From the NCBI GenBank assembly GCA_050015075.1, contig JBEKCB010000003.1, positions 64,001 to 128,000 on the forward strand: a stretch of DNA of 64,000 nucleotides, read 5' to 3'. The stretch's first letter is position 1. Each line of letters opens with the position of its first letter. Source of the DNA: Candidatus Brocadiia bacterium. Lineage in GTDB: Bacteria; Planctomycetota; Brocadiia; CAIUPP01. The position numbers and the translations under genes were made by a program. Of this stretch, positions 31,178-40,183 are shown piece by piece. Below the pieces are notes generated by a model that was not told the origin of the DNA, searched no databases, and saw only the letters and a program-made list of their open reading frames with translations.

Positions 31178-32593
31178 TTACTGTGTGTAGCCGAGGCTTT
31201 TCAGGCGCCTGATGAGGTCCGCATCCGGCTCCTTCGATTTCGTCGCCTTGACCTCGGCGATCGGGGCCGGGCCCTCCGTCAAGGCTCGGAGCGCAGTCTC
31301 CGGACAGTCTTTCTTCAGGTCCGCATCGGCGATGACCTTCTCGCGGCCGCCGGCCACTTCTTCCAGTTGGGCGCCGTCGAGCGTTCCCTTCATCGAGCCC
31401 AGAAGTTTACGATTGTCCCAGCGAACCGCTCTCAAGTAAAACCCGTTGTACGCCAGCTCGCTGTAGATCAGGCGATCGGGGATCGGCTGATCGCTCAGAA
31501 TCACCGGCGACAGATCAATCCCTTGAATCTGCGACGGGCCTGCCAGATGGAGAAGCCCCAGCGCCGTCGGCATCAAGTCAACGTGGCTCACGTTTCCGGC
31601 CACGCGCTTGCCGGCGGGGATCACGCCCGGCAGCCGCATGATCAGCGGCACATGAAGCGCCTCTTCGTACAGGCTGTTGCCATGGGCGAACCGCCCATGC
31701 TCAAGAAATGCCTCGCCATGATCGGACAACACGATCACCAGCGTCTTCTCGGAAAGCCGCAAGTCCTGAAGAAGTTGAAGGACCTTGCCGACATGCTCGT
31801 CCGTGAAGGCGATTCCCCCGTCGTAGAGGGCCACCAGATGCGCCAGGTCCATGACCGAGATATGCGCAATCTTGTCGGCCGGCCAGGAGGCGATGGTCTG
31901 GCCGTTCTCTTTGCCCTTGTAGCCGGGGTCGAATTTCTCGTTGAACGGCGCGGGCGCAATATAGTCGCCGTGGCAGTCAAAATAGTGCAGGAAGAGGAAG
32001 AAGTTCTCTCGGGAATGCTTCTTGAGCCATTGCGTGGCCAGGTTCGTGATCAAGGGATTCGTGGGAGTACTGGCGACAATGCCCTTGCCCGACCACGACG
32101 CGCTGGCCGTGAAGTCGTCATAGTATTGGAAACCGTGGTTGAATCCGAAGCGATGATCCAACACGGGCCCCGTGACAAAAGCCGCTGTCAGATATCCGCT
32201 TTGGGCCAGGCACTGCGCCAGCGTCGGAACGCCTTCGCCCAATTGATCCCCGATGGCCTGCACGCCGTGGACGCTGGGATAAAGCGAGGTCAACATGCTC
32301 ATGTGCGACGGGGGTGTCCAGGACGCCGCCGCGGTCAGATTCTCAAAAAGGACCCCTTCTTTGGCCAGTTGGTCGAGATGGGGCGAGGTGTCGCGGTTAT
32401 AGCCATAGCAGGTGAGGTGATCGGCGCGGCAGGTGTCTATCGAGATGACCAGCAGATTGTATTTCATCGCCGGCGGCGGCGCAGCGGCGCGCCGACAGTC
32501 CAGGCAGAAGAAGGAAATCAACACCAGGCCGCGCAAAAACCAGCGGACGAGGCGCGAGCCAGGCCTGGAAGATGCCGATTCCGCGTGCGACAT
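31178..32593 (-). CDS. Sulfatase-like (alkaline phosphatase superfamily) protein, paralog 3
   Basis: NLLVISIDTCRADHL, WTPPSH, SDHGE and HVDLMPT motifs; C-terminal LKSLGY. Confidence 0.88.
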   Translation of the reverse strand: MSHAESASSRPGSRLVRWFLRGLVLISFFCLDCRRAAAPPPAMKYNLLVISIDTCRADHLTCYGYNRDTSPHLDQLAKEGVLFENLTAAASWTPPSHMSMLTSLYPSVHGVQAIGDQLGEGVPTLAQCLAQSGYLTAAFVTGPVLDHRFGFNHGFQYYDDFTASASWSGKGIVASTPTNPLITNLATQWLKKHSRENFFLFLHYFDCHGDYIAPAPFNEKFDPGYKGKENGQTIASWPADKIAHISVMDLAHLVALYDGGIAFTDEHVGKVLQLLQDLRLSEKTLVIVLSDHGEAFLEHGRFAHGNSLYEEALHVPLIMRLPGVIPAGKRVAGNVSHVDLMPTALGLLHLAGPSQIQGIDLSPVILSDQPIPDRLIYSELAYNGFYLRAVRWDNRKLLGSMKGTLDGAQLEEVAGGREKVIADADLKKDCPETALRALTEGPAPIAEVKATKSKEPDADLIRRLKSLGYTQ

Positions 32594-32704
32594 CGAAAAG
32601 CCCTCAGATACTTGAGATGGACCGAGGCTGCCTGCGCGTTGAACAAGCCACGCCGCCATGCTGCGATACGCCAGCGGGCGCGCACAAAATCCGTTTTCGG
32701 GCCT

Positions 32705-34108
32705 TCACTGTGTGTAGCCGAGGCTTTTCAGGCGGCGGATCAGGTCCGCATCCGGCTCCTTCGATTTCTCCGCCTTCGCCTCGGAGATCGAGGCCGGGCC
32801 CGCAGTCAAGCCTCGGAGCATGGCCTCCGGACAGTCTTTCTTCAGGTCCGCGCCGGCGATCACCTTTTCGCGGCCGCCGGCCAGTTCTTCCAGTTGGGCG
32901 CCGTCGAGCGTTCCCTTCATCGAGCCCAGAAGCTTGCGATCGCCCCAGCGAACGGCCCGCAAGTTAAACCCGCTGTACGCCAGCTCGCTGTAGATCAGGC
33001 GCTCGGGAACCGGCTGGTCGCTCAAAACCATCGGCGAAAGATCAATCCCTTGCATCTGCGCGGGGCCTGCCTGCTGGAGAAGCCCCAGCGCCGTCGGCAT
33101 CAAGTCAACGTGGCTGACGTTTCCGGCCACGCGCTTGCCGGCCGGGATCACGCCCGGCAGTCGCATGATCAGCGGCACATGAAGCGCCTCTTCGTACAGG
33201 CTGTTGCCGTGGAGGAGCTTGCCGTGCTCGAGAAATGCCTCGCCATGATCGGACAATACGATCACCAGCGTCTTCTCGGAAAGCCGCAAGTCCTGAAGAA
33301 GCTGAAGGACCTTCCCGACGTGCTCGTCCGTATAGGCGATTCCCCCGTCGTAGAGAGCCACGATATGCGCCAGGTCCATGACCGAAAGATGCGCTGCCAT
33401 TTCGGCCGGCCACATGCCGATGTAGCGGCCGTTCTGCTTGCCCTTGTAGTCGGGGTCGAATTTCTTGTCGAAGGGCGCGGGCGCGATATAGTCGTTGTGG
33501 CAGTCCCAATAGTGGAGGAAGAGGAAGAAGTTCTCCCGGGAATGCTTCTTGAGCCACTGCGTGGCCAGGTTCGTGATCAAGGGATTTGTGGGGACGTTGC
33601 GGAACCCGCCCGGCTCCGACAAGCTGACCGTGAAGTCGTCGTAAGATCGGAAGCCGCGGTTGAATCCGAACCAGTGATTCAACGAGGGCCCCGAGACGAA
33701 GGCCGCTGTCGCATATCCGCTTTTGGCCAGGCACTGCGCCAGCGTCGGAACGCCTTCGGCCAATGCGTTGTTGCCCGCCTGCACCCCGTGGACGCTGGGA
33801 TACAGCGAGGTGAACATGCTCATGTGCGACGGCACCGTCCAGGACGCCGCCGCGGTCAGGTCCTCAAAAAGGACGCCTTCCTTCGCCAGTTGATCGAGAT
33901 GGGGTGAGGTACCCCGGTTATAGCCGTAGCAGGTCAGGTGATCGGCGCGGCAGGTATCTATCGAGATGACGAGAAGATTGTATTTGATCGGCGGCGAGGC
34001 GGCGCGCCGGCAGTCCAGGCAGAAAAAGGCAATCAGCACCAGGCCGCGCAGAAAACAGCGGAGGCAACTCGAGCTGAGCCCGGGAGATGTCGGTTTTGCA
34101 TGCAGCAT
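32705..34108 (-). CDS. Sulfatase-like protein, paralog 2
   Basis: Same motifs, with WTVPSH. Confidence 0.88.
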   Translation of the reverse strand: MLHAKPTSPGLSSSCLRCFLRGLVLIAFFCLDCRRAASPPIKYNLLVISIDTCRADHLTCYGYNRGTSPHLDQLAKEGVLFEDLTAAASWTVPSHMSMFTSLYPSVHGVQAGNNALAEGVPTLAQCLAKSGYATAAFVSGPSLNHWFGFNRGFRSYDDFTVSLSEPGGFRNVPTNPLITNLATQWLKKHSRENFFLFLHYWDCHNDYIAPAPFDKKFDPDYKGKQNGRYIGMWPAEMAAHLSVMDLAHIVALYDGGIAYTDEHVGKVLQLLQDLRLSEKTLVIVLSDHGEAFLEHGKLLHGNSLYEEALHVPLIMRLPGVIPAGKRVAGNVSHVDLMPTALGLLQQAGPAQMQGIDLSPMVLSDQPVPERLIYSELAYSGFNLRAVRWGDRKLLGSMKGTLDGAQLEELAGGREKVIAGADLKKDCPEAMLRGLTAGPASISEAKAEKSKEPDADLIRRLKSLGYTQ

Positions 34109-34220
34109 CGAAAAGTTCTCAGATACTTGCGATTGACGGAGGCTGCCGGCCCGTTGAGCAGGCCGCGCTTTCATGCTGCGATGAACCTGTGGGTACGCAA
34201 AGAATCCATTTTCCCGGCCT

Positions 34221-35621
34221 TCACAGCGTGTAGCCGAGGCTCTTCAGTTGCTTGATCAGGTCCGCATCCGGTTCAATCGCTTTCCCCGCCTTAACCTCGG
34301 GGATTGAGGGCGGCCCCTCCGTCAAGGCTCGGAGGGCGGCCTCCGGACAGTCTTTCTTCAGGTCCGCGCCGGCGATGACCTTCTCGCGGCCGCCGGCCAC
34401 TTCTTCCAGTTGGGCGCCGTCGAGCGTTCCCTTCATCGAGCCCAGAAGCTTGCGATTGCCCCAGCGAACCGCCTTCAAGTTAAGCCCCGACAGCTCGCTG
34501 TAGATCAGGCGCTCGGCGACCGGCTGATCGCTCAGAATCGCCGGCGACAGATCAATCCCTTGAATCTGCGACGGGCATGCCAGATGGAGAAGCCCCAGCG
34601 CCGTCGGCATCAAGTCAACGTGGCTGACGTTTCCGGCCACGCGCTTGCCGGCCGGAATCACACCGGGCAGCCGCATGATGAGCGGCACATGAATCAGCTC
34701 CTCGTAGAGGCTGTTGCCGTGGGTCAACAGGCCGTGCTCAAGAAATCCCTCGCCATGATCGGACAATACGATCACCAGCGTTTTCTCGGAAAGCCCCAGG
34801 TCCTGAAGAAGCTGAAGGACCTTGCCGACGTGCTCGTCCGTGTAGGCGATTCCTCCGTCGTAGAGAGCCACCAGATGCGCCAGGTCCATGATCGAGATAT
34901 GCGCCGTCATGTCGGCCTGGCGCCACCCGATGCCGCGGCCGTTCTCTTTCCCCTTGTAGCCGGGGTCGAATTTCCTGTCGAAGGGCGCCGGCGCAATGTA
35001 GTCGTAATGGCAGTCCCAATAATGCAGGAAGAGGAAGAAATTCTCCCGGGAATGCTTCCGGAGCCATTGCGTGGCCAGGTTCGTGATCCCGGGATTCGTG
35101 GCGACATCGCCGGCCCCGGTCCTGTGCAACGCACTGACCGTGAAGTCGTCATAAGATTGAAAGCCGCGGTTGAATCCGAAGTCGTGATTCAATGCGGGCC
35201 CCGTGACAAAAGCCGCTGTCACATATCCGCTTTGGGCCAGGCACTGCGCCAGCGTCGGAACGCCTTCGGCCAGCCTGGCGACGGCCGGCACCCCGTGGAC
35301 GCTGGCATAAAGCGAGGTGAACATGCTCATGTGCGACGGGATTGTCCAGGACGTCGCCGCGGTCAGGTTCTCAAACAGCACCCCTTCCTTGGCCAGTTGG
35401 TCGAGGTGGGGCGAGGTATCGCGGTTGTAGCCGTAGCAGGTCAGGTGATCGGCGCGACACGTATCTATCGAGATGACCAGCAGGTTATATTTGATCGCCG
35501 GCTGCAGCTCCGCCGCGCCGGCGGTCGAGGCGGAAAGCAGAGAGATCAAAATCAGGCAGAGGGGAAAGCAGTTCACGCGCCGCGAGCCAGGCTTGGAAAA
35601 TGCCGGTTTTGCATGCAGCAT
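34221..35621 (-). CDS. Sulfatase-like protein, paralog 1
   Basis: Same motifs, with WTIPSH; signal peptide. Confidence 0.88.
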   Translation of the reverse strand: MLHAKPAFSKPGSRRVNCFPLCLILISLLSASTAGAAELQPAIKYNLLVISIDTCRADHLTCYGYNRDTSPHLDQLAKEGVLFENLTAATSWTIPSHMSMFTSLYASVHGVPAVARLAEGVPTLAQCLAQSGYVTAAFVTGPALNHDFGFNRGFQSYDDFTVSALHRTGAGDVATNPGITNLATQWLRKHSRENFFLFLHYWDCHYDYIAPAPFDRKFDPGYKGKENGRGIGWRQADMTAHISIMDLAHLVALYDGGIAYTDEHVGKVLQLLQDLGLSEKTLVIVLSDHGEGFLEHGLLTHGNSLYEELIHVPLIMRLPGVIPAGKRVAGNVSHVDLMPTALGLLHLACPSQIQGIDLSPAILSDQPVAERLIYSELSGLNLKAVRWGNRKLLGSMKGTLDGAQLEEVAGGREKVIAGADLKKDCPEAALRALTEGPPSIPEVKAGKAIEPDADLIKQLKSLGYTL

Positions 35622-35748
35622 CGAATAATTCTCGGATACTTAAGATTGACGGAGGCTGCCCGCGACAGGCGCTCCAGGGACAAGCCGGCGCCGCCAACGA
35701 AGCTACTTTAGCACAAGGGGCCGGCAACCGCAATAGGCCGGCGCGACC

Positions 35749-35805
35749 GCTCGTAGCGTGCCCGTAAGGGCATACGAAACAGCGCCTGACGGCGCCGCTG
35801 CAAGC
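35749..35805 (+). repeat. Cloverleaf/REP-like palindromic element, copy 3
   Basis: GCTCGTAGCG-TGCCC GTAA GGGCA-TACGAAACA-GCGCC TGAC GGCGC-CGCTGCAAGC. Confidence 0.85.
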
Positions 35806-35836
35806 AATCGGCGATTGCGAGGTCTTGAAGCCTGTC

Positions 35837-37522
35837 CTAAGTCGCGCCGAAGCAGACCAGCGTCAAATCGTCGCTCTGGTGGGCGCTGCCGACGAAGGCG
35901 TGGACGTCCCGAAGGATGTTCTCCATCCACTGCGCGGCGGAAGCGGCCGGCAGCGCCGCGACGGACTTGAGCCGGCCGCTGCCGTAGCTGTCCTGCTGCG
36001 CGTTCATCGCCTCGGTGATCCCGTCGGAGTAAAAGCAGACGAAGTCCCCCGGCTCGATCCGGAAACTCTCCGCCTCGAACTCCGCGCCCGGCATGACGCC
36101 GACGGGGAAGTTGGTGCAGGTCTGAATCTCGGAGACCCGGCCGGTGGAACCTTTCCGCAGGAGCGGCGGCGGATGGCCGGCGTTCACCATCTGAAGGGTC
36201 CGGCTGCGCGGATCGAGGAGGGCGAAAACGAGCGTGATGAACGAGCTTTCGGCCTCCATCGCCGCCAGGCGGTCGTTGACGAGGGCGACCACGCGGCGCG
36301 GCTCGTCCGAGGCCAGCGCGAACTCGCGGACCGTGCTGCTCATCCGCGCCATCATCAGCGCGGCGGGAATGCCTTTCCCGGCAACGTCGCCGACGACGAT
36401 CGCCAGCGAGCCGCCCTCGAGCGGGATGAAGTCGTAGAAGTCGCCGCCGACCTCCAGCGCCGCTTTGTACGAACAGCAGAACTGCATGCCGGCGACCTCC
36501 GGCAAACGCCTCGGCAGGAACGATTCCTGCACCTGCCGCGCGAACTGCAGGTCGCGCTCGGTGCGCTCCTGGAGGAGCAGCCTGTGGTGCAGCCGCGCGT
36601 TCGCGATGGCGAAGGCGGTCTGGCTGGTGATCCCGGCGAGCAGTTCCAGGTCGTCCCGCGTGAACTGCCGGTCCTGCCGGGTGGTGTCCAGGTGGATGAT
36701 GCCGAGCGCCTCGTCGTTGACGACGATCGGCGCGCACATCATCGAGCGGATCCGGAAATTCATCACGCTCAGCGCCATGGCGAAGCGCTGGTCGCCCATC
36801 GCGTCGGCGCTGAGGAGCGCCACGCGGTCGCCCATCGCTTTCTGGACGATGGAGCGGCTGAGGGTGATCGCCTCGGGCTGCTCGCGTCCGCGCTGCCGTG
36901 CCGCTCGCGGGACCAGCTCGTCGGACTCGTCGGCCTTCAGCATGATGAAGCCGCGGTCGGCCTGCGGAAAGACGCCGAAGAGGCGGTCCATGATTTCGTT
37001 GAGCAGTTTGTCCATGTCGAGCTGGGTCTGGACGGCGTTGCTGATTTCGAGCACGGCGCGGAGCCGCTGCCGGGCCTTGATGAGCGCGTCGGGCGCGGTG
37101 ATCCGCTGGGCCATGGCGGCTTCCATCGAAACCGCCTTCACCTCGAGCGTCTCCAGCGCCGGCGGCGCCGCGGCCGACGGCTCGTCTACGATCGTGACCC
37201 CGCTCTGGCGCGACGGCTCGGATTCCGAGGCGAATCGGAAAACGTTATCGGCCAGCTCGATCCGGTCGCCGTTCTTCAGCGGAATGGGCGCCGCGATGGT
37301 CTTTCCGTTCACGGCCGTCCCGTTGCCGCTGCCGAGGTCCTCGATGAAGTAGCTGCCGCCGACGAGGGAAATTCGCGCATGGCGCCGGCTGATGGCCAGG
37401 TCGTCCAGGCGCAGATCGGCCTCGATGGACCGCCCCAGCACCATGGCCTCGCGCAGCGGGAATGTCTGCCCCTTGAACGGCCCTTCGATGGCGATCAGCT
37501 TCGACAATTTTGTAATTTCCAA
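35837..37522 (-). CDS. FHA + GAF + SpoIIE/PP2C phosphatase
   Basis: FHA motifs (LGRS, ISRRHA, DLGSGNGT); GAF domain; GGDFYD, GDVAGKG, SDGITEA and SDDLT motifs. Confidence 0.92.
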   Translation of the reverse strand: MEITKLSKLIAIEGPFKGQTFPLREAMVLGRSIEADLRLDDLAISRRHARISLVGGSYFIEDLGSGNGTAVNGKTIAAPIPLKNGDRIELADNVFRFASESEPSRQSGVTIVDEPSAAAPPALETLEVKAVSMEAAMAQRITAPDALIKARQRLRAVLEISNAVQTQLDMDKLLNEIMDRLFGVFPQADRGFIMLKADESDELVPRAARQRGREQPEAITLSRSIVQKAMGDRVALLSADAMGDQRFAMALSVMNFRIRSMMCAPIVVNDEALGIIHLDTTRQDRQFTRDDLELLAGITSQTAFAIANARLHHRLLLQERTERDLQFARQVQESFLPRRLPEVAGMQFCCSYKAALEVGGDFYDFIPLEGGSLAIVVGDVAGKGIPAALMMARMSSTVREFALASDEPRRVVALVNDRLAAMEAESSFITLVFALLDPRSRTLQMVNAGHPPPLLRKGSTGRVSEIQTCTNFPVGVMPGAEFEAESFRIEPGDFVCFYSDGITEAMNAQQDSYGSGRLKSVAALPAASAAQWMENILRDVHAFVGSAHQSDDLTLVCFGAT

Positions 37523-37717
37523 AATCAGCAGCTTGTCCGCCGTTGCCCTGAGCGCAGCCGAAGGGGCGAAGGCGGATCGGCAATTCGATCAGCATATCTT
37601 GTCGGCAACCTTGTTTCAACGATTTTCGAGCCGGGGCGGTTCCGCGTTTGACCGGCTTGCCGCCGCAAGGCTAGAATCCGCGCTGAGCTGAATGCGGCGT
37701 TTGCGGAGAAAGCGGAG

Positions 37718-38590
37718 ATGATGAAGAGCTGCCTCCTGTGCAGTCTGTTCGTCCTGGTTCTGGCCGCTCCGAACGCGGCGCAGGCGCAGCATCTCTGGTG
37801 GGCCTCCGAAGACCCCGGAAAGCCGCAGGAGAAGAGGACCCTGCTTTACGGCGAAATCGAGGTGCTCGCCAGCGGGCCGGGCATCTACTTCTGCGGGGTC
37901 AACTGGTCCGGCGGCTATTGCGGGATCCAGGAGCACGCCGAGAAGAAACGGAATACGATCTTCTCGGAGTGGGATCCGTCGCCGACCTTGCATCCGAGCG
38001 TCGTCCATGCCGATGCGCGCGCCGTCTGCAAGCGCTTCGGCGGCGAGGGCACCGGCGAGCATACGGACCTGGATTACCCGTGGCAAGAGGGCCGGCCGTA
38101 CCGGTTCGCCGTCGCCAAGCAGCCCGACGCGTCCGGCGACAATACGCTGATCACCTTCTATTTCTTCGACGCGCCGCTCAACAAGTGGGTGCTCCAGGCG
38201 ACGCTTTCCACCCCGAACGGCGGCAAGGATTCCGTGCGCTATTTCAACCGGCCGAACCTGAATTCCTTCCTGGAGAACTTCGCCGGCCAGCAGCCCGAAA
38301 TCCCGAAACTCTGTCTCTATCGGCTCTGGGCCGGGTCCGCGCCGGAGAACCTGGTCTGTCTGCGCAAGGCCAAAGGCGACGGACCCTGGGGCGTTCTGAA
38401 CGACAGCTTCTACCTGGCCCAGGGCAAAGATCAGGCCGCACTGGACGCGCTCGTCGCCAAACAGCCGAAGTCCAGGGACAGCCGGATCGGCCTGATCAAA
38501 GGCGCGAAGGCGCCGCTGGCCGTTCCCGACCGGAAATTGCCGGCGGAGATCATCGCCGAGCTGAAGGCGCTTCCGAAGCCGAGCCCGTAA
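37718..38590 (+). CDS. Secreted DUF3472-like protein
   Basis: Signal peptide; YFCGVNWSGGYCGIQE, IFSEWD, FGGEGTG and SFLENF motifs. Confidence 0.7.
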   Translation: MMKSCLLCSLFVLVLAAPNAAQAQHLWWASEDPGKPQEKRTLLYGEIEVLASGPGIYFCGVNWSGGYCGIQEHAEKKRNTIFSEWDPSPTLHPSVVHADARAVCKRFGGEGTGEHTDLDYPWQEGRPYRFAVAKQPDASGDNTLITFYFFDAPLNKWVLQATLSTPNGGKDSVRYFNRPNLNSFLENFAGQQPEIPKLCLYRLWAGSAPENLVCLRKAKGDGPWGVLNDSFYLAQGKDQAALDALVAKQPKSRDSRIGLIKGAKAPLAVPDRKLPAEIIAELKALPKPSP

Positions 38591-38636
38591 GCTGAGCGGA
38601 AAACTCAGCCGTAAAGATGATAGAATCAGGGAGCCA

Positions 38637-38797
38637 GTCTGGCGTCCGGGAAACAAGTTGCATAATGTGCGGTCATTCCGAGCGAAGCGAGGAATCTCAT
38701 ACGCAGCGCGCCTGCAACGGTTTGTGGTATGAGACCCTTCACTGCGCTCAGGGCGACGCGGTCTGAAGTTATGCGCGTTATTCCTGGAACACGATGC
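38637..38797 (-). mobile_element. MITE-like palindromic element, copy B (inverted relative to copy A)
   Basis: Reverse complement aligns end to end with 28623-28779. Confidence 0.7.
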
Positions 38798-38824
38798 TGA
38801 AATGAACACGGCACTTGGGGAAAG

Positions 38825-39949
38825 ATGAAGACCATGAAACCGCTTCTGCGTGGAAGTTTCGCATTCGCGCTGGCCGCGCTGCTGGGCGCCAGTTGCGCGG
38901 GTCAGCCGGCCGGCGAAGGCGCGGCGTCTTCGGCGGCGACCGCCGTGTCCTCCCCGGCGACGACGGCGTCTTTACCGCCGACGATGGCGCCGCCACGGCC
39001 GGGCGTCGTGCTGCTGTACGAGCCGAAGACGCTCGACGAGACCGTCGCGGTCGTGAAGCTCGTCCGCGACGACATGGAGATTCGTCCCATCATCGAGCAG
39101 GCCGGCGAGGAAGCCGGCCAGGCGATCCGGGCGTTCCAGGCGGCGGCGCTCGGCGTCAACGCGCCTGGAGGCCGGCGGGGCGCGCCGGCATCCAAGGAGA
39201 CGCTGGAGAAGCTCCGCAAGGCGGCCCGCGAAAAAGTGACTCGGTACCAGGGCCTGATCCAGCAGCAGCGCGACGCCTACGAGGCGTTCCTCCAGAAGTA
39301 TCCCGACGACTGGTTCCAGCGCCACCGCTACGCCTCGTTCCTGGCCGATTTCCATCTCGCCGACGAGGCCGCCGCCGAGTGGCGGCGCGTCATCGAGCAG
39401 GCGCCCACGTTCCCTTATGCCTACAATAACCTCGGCACGCTCTACAACCACATGGGCCGCGATCTCGAGGCGATCCTGCTCTACCGCAAGGCGATTGAGC
39501 TGTATCCGGACGACGCCGATTTCCACCTGAACCTGGCGGTGAACTACTCGACCCATCGCTCCGAGGCTTCCAAGGAGTTCGGCTGGACCCTGCCGGTGGT
39601 CTTCCACGAGTGCATCCTCTCCTATCAGCGCGCGCGCGCCCTGAGGCCGCAGGACCCGGAGATCGCCTACGATCTCGCGAGCCAGTACGTCCTGGCGAAG
39701 TACTTCGGCGTCAAGGACACCGGCGACGAGGCGATCGAGGCGTGGAAGTATTACCTCACGCTCGACCTGACGCCCACGCAGCGCGGCGTCGCCGAGCGCA
39801 ACATGGCCACGCTCTACCTCAAGCAGAAAAACGACCCCGCCGCCGCGCAGAAGTTGCTCGAGGAGGCGCTGACGCTGCTGCCCGACGATGCCACCTGCAA
39901 GATGCTCCTCAAACAGGCCGCGGCCGCGCAGGCGAAACCGACACCGTGA
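38825..39949 (+). CDS. TPR-repeat lipoprotein
   Basis: Lipobox-like LGASC; AYNNLGTLY and other TPR units. Confidence 0.75.
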   Translation: MKTMKPLLRGSFAFALAALLGASCAGQPAGEGAASSAATAVSSPATTASLPPTMAPPRPGVVLLYEPKTLDETVAVVKLVRDDMEIRPIIEQAGEEAGQAIRAFQAAALGVNAPGGRRGAPASKETLEKLRKAAREKVTRYQGLIQQQRDAYEAFLQKYPDDWFQRHRYASFLADFHLADEAAAEWRRVIEQAPTFPYAYNNLGTLYNHMGRDLEAILLYRKAIELYPDDADFHLNLAVNYSTHRSEASKEFGWTLPVVFHECILSYQRARALRPQDPEIAYDLASQYVLAKYFGVKDTGDEAIEAWKYYLTLDLTPTQRGVAERNMATLYLKQKNDPAAAQKLLEEALTLLPDDATCKMLLKQAAAAQAKPTP

Positions 39950-39960
39950 CATCAAAATTA

Positions 39961-40153
39961 TTGACCGCGAAAACGCGAAAACGGCAACGGAAAAGATACT
40001 TGAAACCACAGAGCGATAGCGCGAGCGGGCGAGCGCTGCTTATCGCCACAGATAACCACAGATACGAAGTTTCTTAACTCTGTAAATCTGTGTTCATCTG
40101 TGTCCATCTGTAGTTTAAATTCGTCTTTCGCGTTTTCGCGCTTTCGCGGTCAA
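39961..40153. repeat. Nested intergenic inverted repeats
   Basis: Outer arms 39961-39983 and 40131-40153 match at 22/23 positions; inner CACAGAT/ATCTGTG units with 10-nt period. Confidence 0.8.
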
Positions 40154-40183
40154 GCGGTCGTTCCGTTGTGGAATGGAGCCGGC

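Noticed and set aside
32594-34174. 22-aa N-terminal extensions of sulfatase-like paralogs 2 and 3 given in the ORF track
   Set aside because: The homologous stretch upstream of paralog 1 contains an in-frame TAA, so it is probably duplicated non-coding leader
28792-35621. Diversity-generating retroelement behind the pilin or sulfatase variation
   Set aside because: No reverse transcriptase or non-coding template repeat is present, and the differences include indels and are not adenine-specific
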